Positions 26,113 to 35,723 of a stretch of DNA of 64,000 bases are shown piece by piece. The first letter of the stretch is position 1; every line of letters begins with the position of its first letter. Source of the stretch: a virus (Duplodnaviria; Heunggongvirae; Uroviricota; Caudoviricetes); the IMG/VR virus record IMGVR_UViG_3300034107_000364; one strand, given 5' to 3'. The position numbers and the translations under genes were made by a program. The notes below the pieces were generated by a model that ran no database searches, had not been told where the DNA came from, and worked only from the letters and a program-made list of their open reading frames with translations.

Positions 26113-26745
26113 ATGAAACAGAAAAGCAAATTTGAATTTAAAGACAATAGACCATTTAGCAAAAAAGCAAAAGACTTTGCTACAATGTTATTGTATTGCG
26201 TGATATTTTGGAAAGGTCGTTCTAAAGGAATGATTGGCACAATGAACATTAGATTCAAAGATGTTTGGGCTGTTTTCTTTCCAAAGAATTTCGGTGAGAA
26301 ATATCGATACTTAGGAACTAGTGTTTGGCGAGAAGATAGTGTATATTATAAAGCATTATTTCCATTAGTACTTGCATTAGATTATGAAGCCAAACCAAAA
26401 TGGTGTCCAAGATGGTTCTTAAGATTCTTGCACTTATTTGGTAGTGATAATTCAATTGTTAGAGTTAGAAATCGCAGACTACACAATCTATCAAAGAAAC
26501 TTACAGGTGGTATTATGTTTGTTGATTGGAAAACCAAATGGTCTAATTATGATTTAAGAATTAGTATTTGGGCACCAGATCATTTACAAGAATTGGCATC
26601 TGCAATCGAAGAAAGATTTTATAGTCGAGGTAGACAAACTGAATTGAGAGATCAAATCATAGCAATAGATCCAACTGCAAATCCAATTTGGGGTAGCATT
26701 TCAAGATTAGAGAAAGAATTAGAGAAATTACAAGATAAACAATAA
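26113..26745 (+). CDS. hypothetical protein (210 aa)
   Basis: ORF. Confidence 0.5.
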   Translation: MKQKSKFEFKDNRPFSKKAKDFATMLLYCVIFWKGRSKGMIGTMNIRFKDVWAVFFPKNFGEKYRYLGTSVWREDSVYYKALFPLVLALDYEAKPKWCPRWFLRFLHLFGSDNSIVRVRNRRLHNLSKKLTGGIMFVDWKTKWSNYDLRISIWAPDHLQELASAIEERFYSRGRQTELRDQIIAIDPTANPIWGSISRLEKELEKLQDKQ

Positions 26746-26774
26746 TTAATTTAACAGTATAACTAAAAAATAAG

Positions 26775-27035
26775 ATGGCTAAACAAGCAAAAATTACAAC
26801 AAGGGCATACATCGAGATGATTTCAAAGGATTATCAATTCGATAAGAACCATGAAAATTATTTAGGATTTATTAATATAGATCCACAAGATGCAATTGAA
26901 CTTGGTACTGATCATTCAGATGCTGCTATTCAAATAGCAATGAATCCTAGTCAGTTTGAAGCCATCTTTAATGAATATGGTTTAAGTATACAAAGTGCTC
27001 ACGAAAGTGAACTTATTATTGAGGAACTAAACTAA
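26775..27035 (+). CDS. hypothetical protein (86 aa)
   Basis: ORF. Confidence 0.45.
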   Translation: MAKQAKITTRAYIEMISKDYQFDKNHENYLGFINIDPQDAIELGTDHSDAAIQIAMNPSQFEAIFNEYGLSIQSAHESELIIEELN

Positions 27036-27041
27036 GAAAAA

Positions 27042-27470
27042 ATGAAACGTATACTCCATTATTTCAAAAGAGCTTTTGTAAAAGCAAAAATCAAAGTTAA
27101 GAAAACTTTTGATCCTGTTGCATATTCTAGTAGAAAATTAGATCCTACTCAACAAAAGGCAAGAACAATTTGTATGAGACTCTTAAATGATCCGGATTCA
27201 GAATTATTATATTCAGGTCCATATTTAGACAGAAGATATGTTAAAAACGGTGATTACTTTATAATTATAGACGAATCAAGTCTTAAAATTGTAAATCATG
27301 TTTATAGTTACGATATATCATTTTATGGCTCACACAATATTAAATTAAAAAACTTTTTCGATTTAAAATTAAATGGAATAAGGTTAGAAATGGAAGATGA
27401 GATCATGGAAAACGTTACACATTCACTAGATAATATTATTGCAAACATTAATTTAAAAACAAAAAAATGA
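27042..27470 (+). CDS. hypothetical protein (142 aa)
   Basis: ORF. Confidence 0.45.
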   Translation: MKRILHYFKRAFVKAKIKVKKTFDPVAYSSRKLDPTQQKARTICMRLLNDPDSELLYSGPYLDRRYVKNGDYFIIIDESSLKIVNHVYSYDISFYGSHNIKLKNFFDLKLNGIRLEMEDEIMENVTHSLDNIIANINLKTKK

Positions 27471-27667
27471 CAAATTTAATAGAATTCGCAAATTTGGTTA
27501 TGACCAAATATCCTCAACTTAAAGAAGAGGTAAAATCATTAGTTCAGTTATGTATTGATGAAATCGAAGAAGGCAGTCCAGAATCACATGAAATTCAATT
27601 ATGTTGGAGTGATATTGAGGAACTAGTAAAAGAGGAAGAGGTTAGTATTTTGTCTAGAAATATATAA
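27467..27667 (+). CDS. hypothetical protein (66 aa)
   Basis: ORF. Confidence 0.4.
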   Translation: MTNLIEFANLVMTKYPQLKEEVKSLVQLCIDEIEEGSPESHEIQLCWSDIEELVKEEEVSILSRNI

Positions 27668-27670
27668 TTA

Positions 27671-27886
27671 ATGAGTACCAAACCTAAATTAGATAAGTTT
27701 CATTATCACGAAATGTTAGACAGATTACATGTTATAATGTGTATGGCTGACGATCATTTACAGCAACATCCAGTCGCAAAAATAGAATCTGAGATTGGCA
27801 AACATATAGATGATGCAGTATCTAGTTTATGGCAAGCATATCAATTAACTGGTAAAATTGACCATGAAAAATTTGACAACAAATGA
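27671..27886 (+). CDS. hypothetical protein (71 aa)
   Basis: ORF. Confidence 0.4.
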   Translation: MSTKPKLDKFHYHEMLDRLHVIMCMADDHLQQHPVAKIESEIGKHIDDAVSSLWQAYQLTGKIDHEKFDNK

Positions 27887-28257
27887 CATACGAAAGATTT
27901 TTAAAAGTAATTCTAAGCCTTCAAAAAGAAGACAGAACCATTAACGCATTATATACGAATGGTGTAGATCTAATTAATTTTGTTGATCCATATCATGAGA
28001 TTATTTCAGAATTGATCAAAGAAATATATGGCGAAGAGGGTTACGATTGGTTTAGTTGGTTTTGTCATGACAGTGAATATGGTCAAAAAGATTGGTCAAC
28101 ATCTGATTCATATAAAATAAACGAAGAGGGTAACATGGAACTTGAACACAAAAGCGGTGAAGTTAGATTCGGAGCACACGACAAAGAAGGTAATCCAATA
28201 TGTTATTCATTTGAATCATTATATGAATATTTAGAAGAAAATCATAAAACAAAATAA
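27883..28257 (+). CDS. hypothetical protein (124 aa)
   Basis: ORF. Confidence 0.45.
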   Translation: MTYERFLKVILSLQKEDRTINALYTNGVDLINFVDPYHEIISELIKEIYGEEGYDWFSWFCHDSEYGQKDWSTSDSYKINEEGNMELEHKSGEVRFGAHDKEGNPICYSFESLYEYLEENHKTK

Positions 28258-28262
28258 TCAAT

Positions 28263-28994
28263 ATGAAACTGGTAGTTATAGGAGATTCAACATCTGGTGC
28301 CAGACTAAAAGATTGCAGTGATGATACGATAGGTTGGGCAGAATATGTCAATGAATATCTAGATACCACTAAATGTATTAGTGAAAATAAATGTATGATT
28401 GGTTGGGGTATTCGTGATTTCTTTAATCGCAAGGCTAAGATCTTAGATTTGATAGTATCTAATCTTAAAGAAAACGATATATTGTTAGCATCTTTTGGTA
28501 CATTAGAAAGATCACCATTATCAAGAACAGATTTTGGTGGATTTGGTGCAAGAGGATCATTACCCGGAAAAGATGATAGATTTGAAATAGTCTATGATGA
28601 ACATTATAAAGTTGAGTATACGGTATATACATTTGGCGAATATCTAAGAAGACTAGCTCAAATGGTAAAAGACAAAGGCGCAAAACTATATTTTTTAAGT
28701 CAAATACCAAGAAATACATGGGAAGATGGTCACCATAAAAGAACTTATTCAATAGAATATGCTAGAATTATGGAAGACATTGCAAATGAAACTAAAGTTG
28801 GTTTTCTAGATACAAATGAAATACTGTCAGTGTTTTTAGAAGAGATTGGACAAGATAAAGCAAAAGACTTTTATTCACCAACTGATAAGTCACATACTAC
28901 ACCAGAAGGTGCTAAAATATATACTCAGATAATCTTGAATGAACTTAAAAAGAAATATTCAAAAGACTTTGATTTTATCATAAACATTAATTAA
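28263..28994 (+). CDS. SGNH/GDSL-type hydrolase
   Basis: block I VVIGDSTS (GDS), C-terminal DKSHTTPEGA (DxxH). Confidence 0.55.
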   Translation: MKLVVIGDSTSGARLKDCSDDTIGWAEYVNEYLDTTKCISENKCMIGWGIRDFFNRKAKILDLIVSNLKENDILLASFGTLERSPLSRTDFGGFGARGSLPGKDDRFEIVYDEHYKVEYTVYTFGEYLRRLAQMVKDKGAKLYFLSQIPRNTWEDGHHKRTYSIEYARIMEDIANETKVGFLDTNEILSVFLEEIGQDKAKDFYSPTDKSHTTPEGAKIYTQIILNELKKKYSKDFDFIININ

Positions 28995-29012
28995 AATTTA
29001 AATATAAATAAG

Positions 29013-29648
29013 ATGGAACCAGAATTAGACGTATTCGACCAATGGGAAGAAGAGAGATCCAAAAAACCATGGATAGTGAGAAAGCTTAGGTTTATACCAC
29101 TTTGGTGGGATCATGAAGGTAAGTATTACCCTAAGATGTTCAAAACCGGAGTTAAGAATATAATTTATTGGTTTCCTATCATTTGGAAAGATCGTAATTG
29201 GGATTCTCACTATATCTTTGAAATCATGATGCACAAAATCAAAGCTCAATCAAAATATATTGGAGCCCGCGATATTCACACAAGAGCTCAAAGAGATGCT
29301 GAAATTATGATGACATGCGTTCGATTAATGAAACTAATTGATGATGATTTTTACAGCTCAGAATACTCTGATTATCATAAAACAAAACATTGGTTTGAAG
29401 ACGTGCCAGGAAAAGAAGGTTATAGCTCATGGGAATCTCGTTTATTAGAAGAGAATTTTGATGATTTCTTTAAGAAATATCCATTGATCTATAAAAGAGT
29501 TTTAGCAGGTGAAGGTCCATTTGGTCGTGATGGTCGTGAAGATGACAAACAAGTTATTGCAATGAATATTGGGCACATCAACCATAATAGAGCAAGCAAA
29601 TTGTTATTTAAGTTAATGGAAGAAAATATTCAAAGATGGTGGGATTAA
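29013..29648 (+). CDS. hypothetical protein (211 aa)
   Basis: ORF. Confidence 0.5.
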   Translation: MEPELDVFDQWEEERSKKPWIVRKLRFIPLWWDHEGKYYPKMFKTGVKNIIYWFPIIWKDRNWDSHYIFEIMMHKIKAQSKYIGARDIHTRAQRDAEIMMTCVRLMKLIDDDFYSSEYSDYHKTKHWFEDVPGKEGYSSWESRLLEENFDDFFKKYPLIYKRVLAGEGPFGRDGREDDKQVIAMNIGHINHNRASKLLFKLMEENIQRWWD

Positions 29649-29771
29649 TACAAAACAATACAGTAGAAGTAATCATTGGTTACTTATTGATAACAGGATG
29701 CTTTATTGCATATCATATGTATAAGGCACCAGAAGTGGACGAAAACGGTAACATAATAAAAAAAGATAAAA

Positions 29772-29933
29772 TTGAGAAGAAGTAAAACAAACAGTTACCT
29801 TGGAGGTGTCTGCGGTGGTATTGCTAAAGCGACCGGAACATCAGCTATAGCATGGCGATTAATATTCCTACTTATACCATATACCTTCTGGATATATGTT
29901 GCATTGTGGATAGGACTATTAGAAGAAGATTAA
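29772..29933 (+). CDS. PspC-domain small membrane protein (53 aa, TTG start assumed)
   Basis: YLGGVCGGIAKATGTSAIAWRLIFLLIPYTFWIYVALWI matches PspC domain; below track cutoff. Confidence 0.5.
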   Translation: MRRSKTNSYLGGVCGGIAKATGTSAIAWRLIFLLIPYTFWIYVALWIGLLEED

Positions 29934-30003
29934 TTCATACACTATTGAAACAAACCAGAACAGCCCAGTATAACATATATAATAAATAAAACAAATATAA
30001 AAC

Positions 30004-30177
30004 ATGGAAACATTAGCACAAATTCAAGAAGTATTAAACGCAGTTCAAGCTGACGCAACAAAATTCTTTGAAAACGGAAACAAAGCAGCTGGAACAAGAG
30101 TTCGTAAAGCTATGCAAGAGATCAAAAACTTAGCGCAAGTTGTTAGAACAGAAGTATCTGAGAAAAACAACGCCTAA
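30004..30177 (+). CDS. Bacteroidetes-type histone H1-like small DNA-binding protein (57 aa)
   Basis: METLAQIQEVLNAVQADATKFFENGNKAAGTRVRKAMQEIKNLAQVVR; KAAGTRxRK core typical of the family. Confidence 0.5.
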   Translation: METLAQIQEVLNAVQADATKFFENGNKAAGTRVRKAMQEIKNLAQVVRTEVSEKNNA

Positions 30178-30400
30178 TTAAACCTTAAAAAACTGTTCGA
30201 GTAGGCATTAAGACTTATTCACTCTGATGCTAAAGTGGTGGACACCATATATACGATAAAGGTTACTAATCAACACATACCAGAATGGTTCTGATACTGA
30301 ACTTGAGATTAGAGCGGTTAGATCCCGAAGTGATATGAGTTTTAAATGGAATAGGCTAGTTTCTCACATCGCTAAAATTAATACGATATATAAGTATCGC

Positions 30401-30474
30401 GGGGGTGTAGCTCAGTTGGCTAGAGCATCTGCCTTGCACGCAGAGGGTCGCAGGTTCGATTCCTGTCACCTCCA
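30401..30474 (+). tRNA. tRNA-Ala(TGC)
   Basis: acceptor GGGGGTG/CACCTCC with G3-U70 identity pair, D-arm TAGCTCAGTTGGCTAGAGC, anticodon stem TCTGC/GCAGA with loop CTTGCAC. Confidence 0.85.
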
Positions 30475-30481
30475 CTAAAGA

Positions 30482-30510
30482 AGACTCATCATTCGATGGG
30501 TCTTTTTGGT
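30482..30510 (+). terminator. rho-independent terminator after tRNA-Ala
   Basis: AGACTCAT-cattcg-ATGGGTCT hairpin + T5. Confidence 0.55.
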
Positions 30511-30521
30511 TTAATATGCAA

Positions 30522-30604
30522 TTGTTCGTAACTTTTTTAAAAATAGTTAAGCCCAGATTTTTTAGTTTGGGCTTTTTTTAGTATATTAGCCTTATAATTA
30601 AAAC
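30522..30604 (+). promoter_or_regulatory. terminator/promoter cassette, copy 11 (hairpin variant)
   Basis: TTGTTCGTAACTTTTTTAAAAATAGTT-AAGCCCAgattttttagTTTGGGCTT-TTTTTAGTATATTAGCCTTATAATTAAAAC. Confidence 0.6.
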
Positions 30605-30612
30605 AGTAGATC

Positions 30613-30756
30613 ATGAAAGAGACTAAAAAAATCAAATTAGAAAAAATTAACATAACATTACAGGAATGGTTTGATGCTCTTAAAGTGCCTGCGCCTTATC
30701 GTAATAAAAAGAAGTATTTTCGTAAAGACAAACATAAAAAGAAAGATTGTTCGTAA
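30613..30756 (+). CDS. hypothetical small basic protein (47 aa)
   Basis: ATG 9 nt after cassette 11; ends in the TTGTTCGTAA of cassette 12. Confidence 0.4.
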   Translation: MKETKKIKLEKINITLQEWFDALKVPAPYRNKKKYFRKDKHKKKDCS

Positions 30757-30822
30757 CTTTATTAAAATATATTTTTTTATGTCGAAAATTATATGTATAT
30801 TTACCCTATAACAATTAAAAAC
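30747..30822 (+). promoter_or_regulatory. terminator/promoter cassette, copy 12
   Basis: TTGTTCGTAACTTTATTAAAATATATTTTTTTATGTCGAAAATTATATGTATATTTACCCTATAACAATTAAAAAC. Confidence 0.55.
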
Positions 30823-30830
30823 AATTAAAA

Positions 30831-31091
30831 ATGAAAAAATTATTCATTATAGCTATCGCAGCTATTTCACTAGCATCTTGTACAGAAAATCAAAGAGCTA
30901 GATCATTTGGTGGAACTGAGGTTATTAACCTAGAAGCTGGAACACGAGTAGTAAATGTTACCTGGAAAGGTAAAGATGCAAGTCTTTGGATCTTGACTAA
31001 AAAAGATACCACTGAAGCATCTACTTATTACTTTACTGAGAAATCTGGTTTTGGAGTAATGGAAGGACAAGTAATCATTAACGAAAAATAA
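30831..31091 (+). CDS. lipoprotein
   Basis: MKKLFIIAIAAISLASC lipobox. Confidence 0.55.
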   Translation: MKKLFIIAIAAISLASCTENQRARSFGGTEVINLEAGTRVVNVTWKGKDASLWILTKKDTTEASTYYFTEKSGFGVMEGQVIINEK

Positions 31092-31297
31092 TGAGATACT
31101 TACTTATACTTTTAATGACGATCCTCTCGTTTTCATGTAAACCCGCAGAGGAAAGAATCAAAGCGTATAGTTATACCAAAGAATGGTATTTTAAAGATGG
31201 TCAAAGGTATCAATTGTATAAAACTAAATATGACAAAAAGTACATTTTAGTTATAAACAAGAAGGAAACCAAAATCATTAGAAAATACGTTAAATAA
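31091..31297 (+). CDS. lipoprotein
   Basis: MRYLLILLMTILSFSC lipobox. Confidence 0.5.
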   Translation: MRYLLILLMTILSFSCKPAEERIKAYSYTKEWYFKDGQRYQLYKTKYDKKYILVINKKETKIIRKYVK

Positions 31298-31326
31298 ACT
31301 TTTTACAATTAACAAGTACAATACAC

Positions 31327-31599
31327 ATGAACTACAAAAATCTATTTAGGGACATTTTAATTATCTTGACAATCACTATTGCGTTATTGCCAGTGGGAGA
31401 TCAGATTTTTAATCTTATGAGTGCAAAATCAGATTTTGCATATTTAGGTCCAATCTTATTATTCAGCGTAGGATTTGCTGCTGGATTATTAATCTATGAG
31501 AGATGCAAATCAATTATTCACAATTATAAACAATCTGAAGAATGTCAGAAAAAAGCTACTGGGAAATCCAGCAAGAACAAAGAGAACAAGAAAAATTAA
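31327..31599 (+). CDS. small membrane protein (2 TM)
   Basis: ILIILTITIALLPV and GPILLFSVGFAAGLLIY helices. Confidence 0.45.
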   Translation: MNYKNLFRDILIILTITIALLPVGDQIFNLMSAKSDFAYLGPILLFSVGFAAGLLIYERCKSIIHNYKQSEECQKKATGKSSKNKENKKN

Positions 31600-31622
31600 A
31601 CAAACAATTAAAAATTAAAAAA

Positions 31623-32465
31623 ATGGTAAAGAAAATTTTAATCGGAGTAGTAGCGTTTATCGCTTTAGTAGTAGTATTTCAATCATGTGAGCGTATTGAC
31701 GCAGGACACGTAGGAGTAAAAGTTAATTTATATGGAAGTGGTAAAGGTGTAGATGATGTAACAGAATGTACAGGTATGGTATTCTATAATCCTATTACTA
31801 CAAAGATTTATGAATTCCCTACTTATATCCAACACAAAGAGTACAAGAAAACCGAAGATATTGATAATTCGTTTATTGTAAACTCTAAAGATGGTTCAGA
31901 GTTTCAAGTTTCACCAATCATGAACTATTCAGTTCAACGTGAAAAAGTACCAGCTATCTTTGCAAAGTATCGTAGATCATTACCAGAAATCGAAGAAGGT
32001 TTCTTAAAGACCGCGGTTTATGATGCATTCCGATTGGCAACTAATAAATATACAGCAGACGAGTTAATTTCAAATCGTGCAGTTTTTGAAGTAGAAGTAC
32101 GAAGACTATTAGAAGGACAATTATTACAAGAAGGATTTATTATTAATCAATTCACATCTAACTTAATCTATCCTGAAACATTTAAGAGATCAATTGAAGC
32201 TAAGAATAATGCAGTACAATCAGCGTTAAGAGCAGAAAATGAAGTTAAAACAGCAGAAGCACAAGCTAAAATTAAAGTTGCAACTGCAAATGGTAATGCC
32301 TCTGCAATGTTAGCATCTGCAAAAGCTGAAGCTGAAGCAAATAGATTAAAACAACAAACTATTACACCAATGTTACTTCAATTAGAATGGATTAACAAAT
32401 GGAATGGTAAATTACCAGAAACTATGCTAGGTGACAAAACCAATGCTATGATCGGTATTAAATAA
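31623..32465 (+). CDS. SPFH/Band-7 domain protein (prohibitin/HflC-like) with N-terminal TM anchor
   Basis: MVKKILIGVVAFIALVVVF anchor; central SPFH core and C-terminal Ala/Glu-rich coiled coil (AEAQAKIKVATANG...AEAEANRLKQ). Confidence 0.55.
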   Translation: MVKKILIGVVAFIALVVVFQSCERIDAGHVGVKVNLYGSGKGVDDVTECTGMVFYNPITTKIYEFPTYIQHKEYKKTEDIDNSFIVNSKDGSEFQVSPIMNYSVQREKVPAIFAKYRRSLPEIEEGFLKTAVYDAFRLATNKYTADELISNRAVFEVEVRRLLEGQLLQEGFIINQFTSNLIYPETFKRSIEAKNNAVQSALRAENEVKTAEAQAKIKVATANGNASAMLASAKAEAEANRLKQQTITPMLLQLEWINKWNGKLPETMLGDKTNAMIGIK

Positions 32466-32484
32466 ACCAAACAAACAATAAACT

Positions 32485-32512
32485 TAAGGGCACTAATTTA
32501 GTGCCCTTTTTT
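32485..32512 (+). terminator. rho-independent terminator
   Basis: AAGGGCACTAatttAGTGCCCTT + T6. Confidence 0.75.
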
Positions 32513-32543
32513 AGTTAGATAAATATTTAAAATAATCTTAAAC

Positions 32544-33245
32544 ATGGCATTCGATCTAACTTCACAATCTGGTCAAAAGTTTTTTTATCAAGTAGGTTCT
32601 GTTACTACAACAATTCCATGGAGTAGACCATCTTTTGAAAAGATAGCAAGATTTTTTCAAGATGAATCAATTTCTCATTTACTTGAAAAATATAATGTAC
32701 ACCTTACTGGAGGATGTTTATGGGATTTTAATACATGGGATATTGATTTAATCTTAATTCATAACTGGAATGAATTTACAAATTGGAATACAATTGAACA
32801 AGATTTGAATACTTTACATGATGCTGCTTTAAACAAACACCACATATTAGTAGATCTTACTATGTTTGATAAAATTGATCATTCATTTCAATTTCCATCT
32901 AAAAGTGAACTAAGAGAATATAATAAAGGAAAAGATGAATCAGAATATGAATGTCAAAGAGGTCCAATAGAAAGTTCAGTATTTGTAAAAATAGGTTACA
33001 TTAAAAAACAAGTCGGTGAAATATCACAAGAAACTGATTTAACATATAATGAAAGAAAACAACCTCTTACAGAAAATTATCTTTATAGAATTAATGTCAA
33101 AGACACTCCTCATAATAATAAAATAGCACAAAAGATATTGAAGTTTGATGAATCAAGTAAATTTATTCATCATTTACACTATAAAGAATTTTTATCTATG
33201 GATGATGACACTTTTTACAAAATACAGAATAAACGAATATTTTGA
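32544..33245 (+). CDS. hypothetical protein (233 aa)
   Basis: ORF. Confidence 0.5.
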   Translation: MAFDLTSQSGQKFFYQVGSVTTTIPWSRPSFEKIARFFQDESISHLLEKYNVHLTGGCLWDFNTWDIDLILIHNWNEFTNWNTIEQDLNTLHDAALNKHHILVDLTMFDKIDHSFQFPSKSELREYNKGKDESEYECQRGPIESSVFVKIGYIKKQVGEISQETDLTYNERKQPLTENYLYRINVKDTPHNNKIAQKILKFDESSKFIHHLHYKEFLSMDDDTFYKIQNKRIF

Positions 33246-33285
33246 AACATTTCAATATTACCTCATATAAAACTAAACATTAGTT

Positions 33286-33504
33286 ATGAATATACAAATT
33301 TGGATACAAGAAGAAGCTATTGAGAACCTTATTAAAATTAGCTCTGAAAAATATCAAGGTGATGCTGAGCAAGCTTTTGAAGATTCAGTAGAATATACTA
33401 AGGTATTAACAATGGAAGGTCAGGTTGCTATTAATATGTCATTGGACACGTTTATTAGATTAACAGACAATGAATTATTAACAGAATGGACATTACAATA
33501 TTAG
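33286..33504 (+). CDS. hypothetical protein (72 aa)
   Basis: ORF. Confidence 0.45.
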   Translation: MNIQIWIQEEAIENLIKISSEKYQGDAEQAFEDSVEYTKVLTMEGQVAINMSLDTFIRLTDNELLTEWTLQY

Positions 33505-33507
33505 AAC

Positions 33508-33792
33508 ATGGAAATTAAAGAACAAATTAAAACAGGAAGAGTACTTGTAGATTTTTACGCAGATTGGTGTGGACCATGCAGAGTCTTAGGTAAAACTCTA
33601 GAGAAATATGAAACTGAAATTACTGATGTAAAAGTAGTTAAAGTAAACGTTGATGAACACCAAGATTTATCAGCAGAATATGGTGTTAGATCAATACCAG
33701 CATTATTGTACATGGAAGATGGTCAATTAATTGACAGAACTACAGGTACAAAAAGCATGGACCAATTAAAAGAATTTACTAAAATTAATTAA
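33508..33792 (+). CDS. thioredoxin
   Basis: FYADWCGPCR active-site WCGPC motif, 94 aa. Confidence 0.8.
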   Translation: MEIKEQIKTGRVLVDFYADWCGPCRVLGKTLEKYETEITDVKVVKVNVDEHQDLSAEYGVRSIPALLYMEDGQLIDRTTGTKSMDQLKEFTKIN

Positions 33793-33793
33793 T

Positions 33794-34282
33794 ATGTGGA
33801 AATCATTTTTAAGTACATTTAGTTTTTGGCGAGAACTCTCCAAAGATGTCAGAATATGGTGGATCTTTCGTAGAACTGCAAATCAATATAAAGATCAATT
33901 GAATAAAGATTTTCAATTGAGAGTTGACTGGTTAGGAAGAATTTATGGTGTAGTTAATTTACCAGAAGAAGTACAAACAGCTTCAGGTGAAATTCAACAA
34001 GCGTATGTTCTTAATAAGATCTCAACTTATGGTAACTATATGTTACAAATTGGTTTAGCAGATATGGTATATCCACAAATTCAAAAGCTACCACAATCAG
34101 CATCATACTTGGTTATATTATGGCCAGTTTTTGACGAACTTGCAATATTGCCTATTCTTGGTAATATTTTAAAATCAGCAATTGTTGGAACTTTATTATT
34201 CTTCATTTATAAATTTATCTTTGTTAATCTAGATCTTTGGGTTGCATTATGGGATAAATTTACACACGTAATCTTAAACTAA
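33794..34282 (+). CDS. membrane protein (162 aa)
   Basis: C-terminal TM helices. Confidence 0.45.
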   Translation: MWKSFLSTFSFWRELSKDVRIWWIFRRTANQYKDQLNKDFQLRVDWLGRIYGVVNLPEEVQTASGEIQQAYVLNKISTYGNYMLQIGLADMVYPQIQKLPQSASYLVILWPVFDELAILPILGNILKSAIVGTLLFFIYKFIFVNLDLWVALWDKFTHVILN

Positions 34283-35044
34283 TTGGATCAGTATAAAATA
34301 GTACGAGTTCATGAAGATGGTCTTAGATTTTATCAAGTTACCGAAGGCGATACAGTAATAGCTAAATTACCATCTGTTACCACAGTTTTAGGTCAAACTA
34401 AAGATCAATCTGGATTGGACAAATGGCGTCAAAAAGTCGGTGAAGCAGAAGCTGATCGAATTTCAACGCTATCTATGAATAGAGGTACTATTATGCACAG
34501 ACTTATAGAACTATATAAGGGCACTTCTGGCGAAGCTAACGAAAGGCTTATTATTCTTAAAGATTTGGCAAAAGAAGATGATGAGTGCAACCAATTCAGT
34601 GATGATGAGAACGGAGCTTTGTACTTAGCAGAAGCTTGGAAATTCTTTTACAAATTCTACTTTAATAGTTCAGATTATTTTGACAGAATTAAAAAAGTAT
34701 TAGAAGCTGAAACATTCTTATGGACTACAAAAGCTGGAGGTTGGGCAGGTACAGTAGATAACATATCTGAAATGACAGATAATTTGATTAAGATCATTGA
34801 CTACAAAAATTCACGTAAACCAAAACAAGAACATTGGATTCAAGATTATTTCATTCAAACAGGTGCTTATTTTATAGCATATTGGGATAGAACTGGTATT
34901 AAGGCAGATGGAGCAGAAATTTGGATCGCAAACGAAGAAGATAATTTACCACAATGTTTCTCATTAACACAACAAGATTTAGAATTCTATTCAAAAGAAT
35001 TCATGAGAAGAAGAAAAATGTTTAAAGAAAAATTTAATATATAA
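34283..35044 (+). CDS. PD-(D/E)xK superfamily nuclease (phage exonuclease/Cas4-like fold)
   Basis: GTVDNISE...IIDYKNS (D...(D/E)xK) arrangement; TTG start. Confidence 0.45.
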   Translation: MDQYKIVRVHEDGLRFYQVTEGDTVIAKLPSVTTVLGQTKDQSGLDKWRQKVGEAEADRISTLSMNRGTIMHRLIELYKGTSGEANERLIILKDLAKEDDECNQFSDDENGALYLAEAWKFFYKFYFNSSDYFDRIKKVLEAETFLWTTKAGGWAGTVDNISEMTDNLIKIIDYKNSRKPKQEHWIQDYFIQTGAYFIAYWDRTGIKADGAEIWIANEEDNLPQCFSLTQQDLEFYSKEFMRRRKMFKEKFNI

Positions 35045-35059
35045 ATAAAACACAAAGTC

Positions 35060-35344
35060 ATGAACAAATTTAATCAATTCCTGGAAAATCACGGTACAAA
35101 GATTGTATTAGTATTACTATTGTTAACTTACATGAAATCATGTAGCATTGATTCTGAAGTCAGCAAATTAAAAAAAGAAGCTAAGGCAAATCAAGAAATT
35201 ATCAATACTTTACCAACCTCGAAGCAATTACAAATCGAAGGTTTAAAGGTTGAAAAAAGAATGATTCAAGCAACTGATCGTAAAATGTTAGATGTTCAAC
35301 GTCAAAATGTAATCGAAAAAGAAATAGAAAAACTTAGCAAATAA
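35060..35344 (+). CDS. hypothetical protein with N-terminal TM (94 aa)
   Basis: ORF. Confidence 0.45.
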   Translation: MNKFNQFLENHGTKIVLVLLLLTYMKSCSIDSEVSKLKKEAKANQEIINTLPTSKQLQIEGLKVEKRMIQATDRKMLDVQRQNVIEKEIEKLSK

Positions 35345-35349
35345 TAATC

Positions 35350-35712
35350 ATGGCATCCGAAGATAAAACACAGAATTTTAACGAAGATCTTAATAAGATA
35401 AACAATACTCCACCACCATCTAGTATTGAGACACCACAAGAGGAAACATCTCAAATTAGTCAAATCCTTTCTGGATGGGGCAATAGGTTTAAAGATGTGT
35501 TTGGTTTACTAGATGCAGAGACTAAAGAGATTAGTCGCTTGCGTTTAATACACTGTAATTCATGTTATATGAGAACTGGTAATTCATGTGATCCAAGGAA
35601 GCAAATGAAAAATAATGTAACTGGCGAAATAGTAAAAGGATGCGGATGTAATATATCTGCAAAATCTATGTCACCACATTCTATATGTCCATTAGGTAAA
35701 TGGGATAAATAA
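35350..35712 (+). CDS. Cys-rich protein (putative metal-binding)
   Basis: CNSCYMRTGNSCD ... GCGCNISAKSMSPHSICP. Confidence 0.45.
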   Translation: MASEDKTQNFNEDLNKINNTPPPSSIETPQEETSQISQILSGWGNRFKDVFGLLDAETKEISRLRLIHCNSCYMRTGNSCDPRKQMKNNVTGEIVKGCGCNISAKSMSPHSICPLGKWDK

Positions 35713-35723
35713 AAACAAAAATT

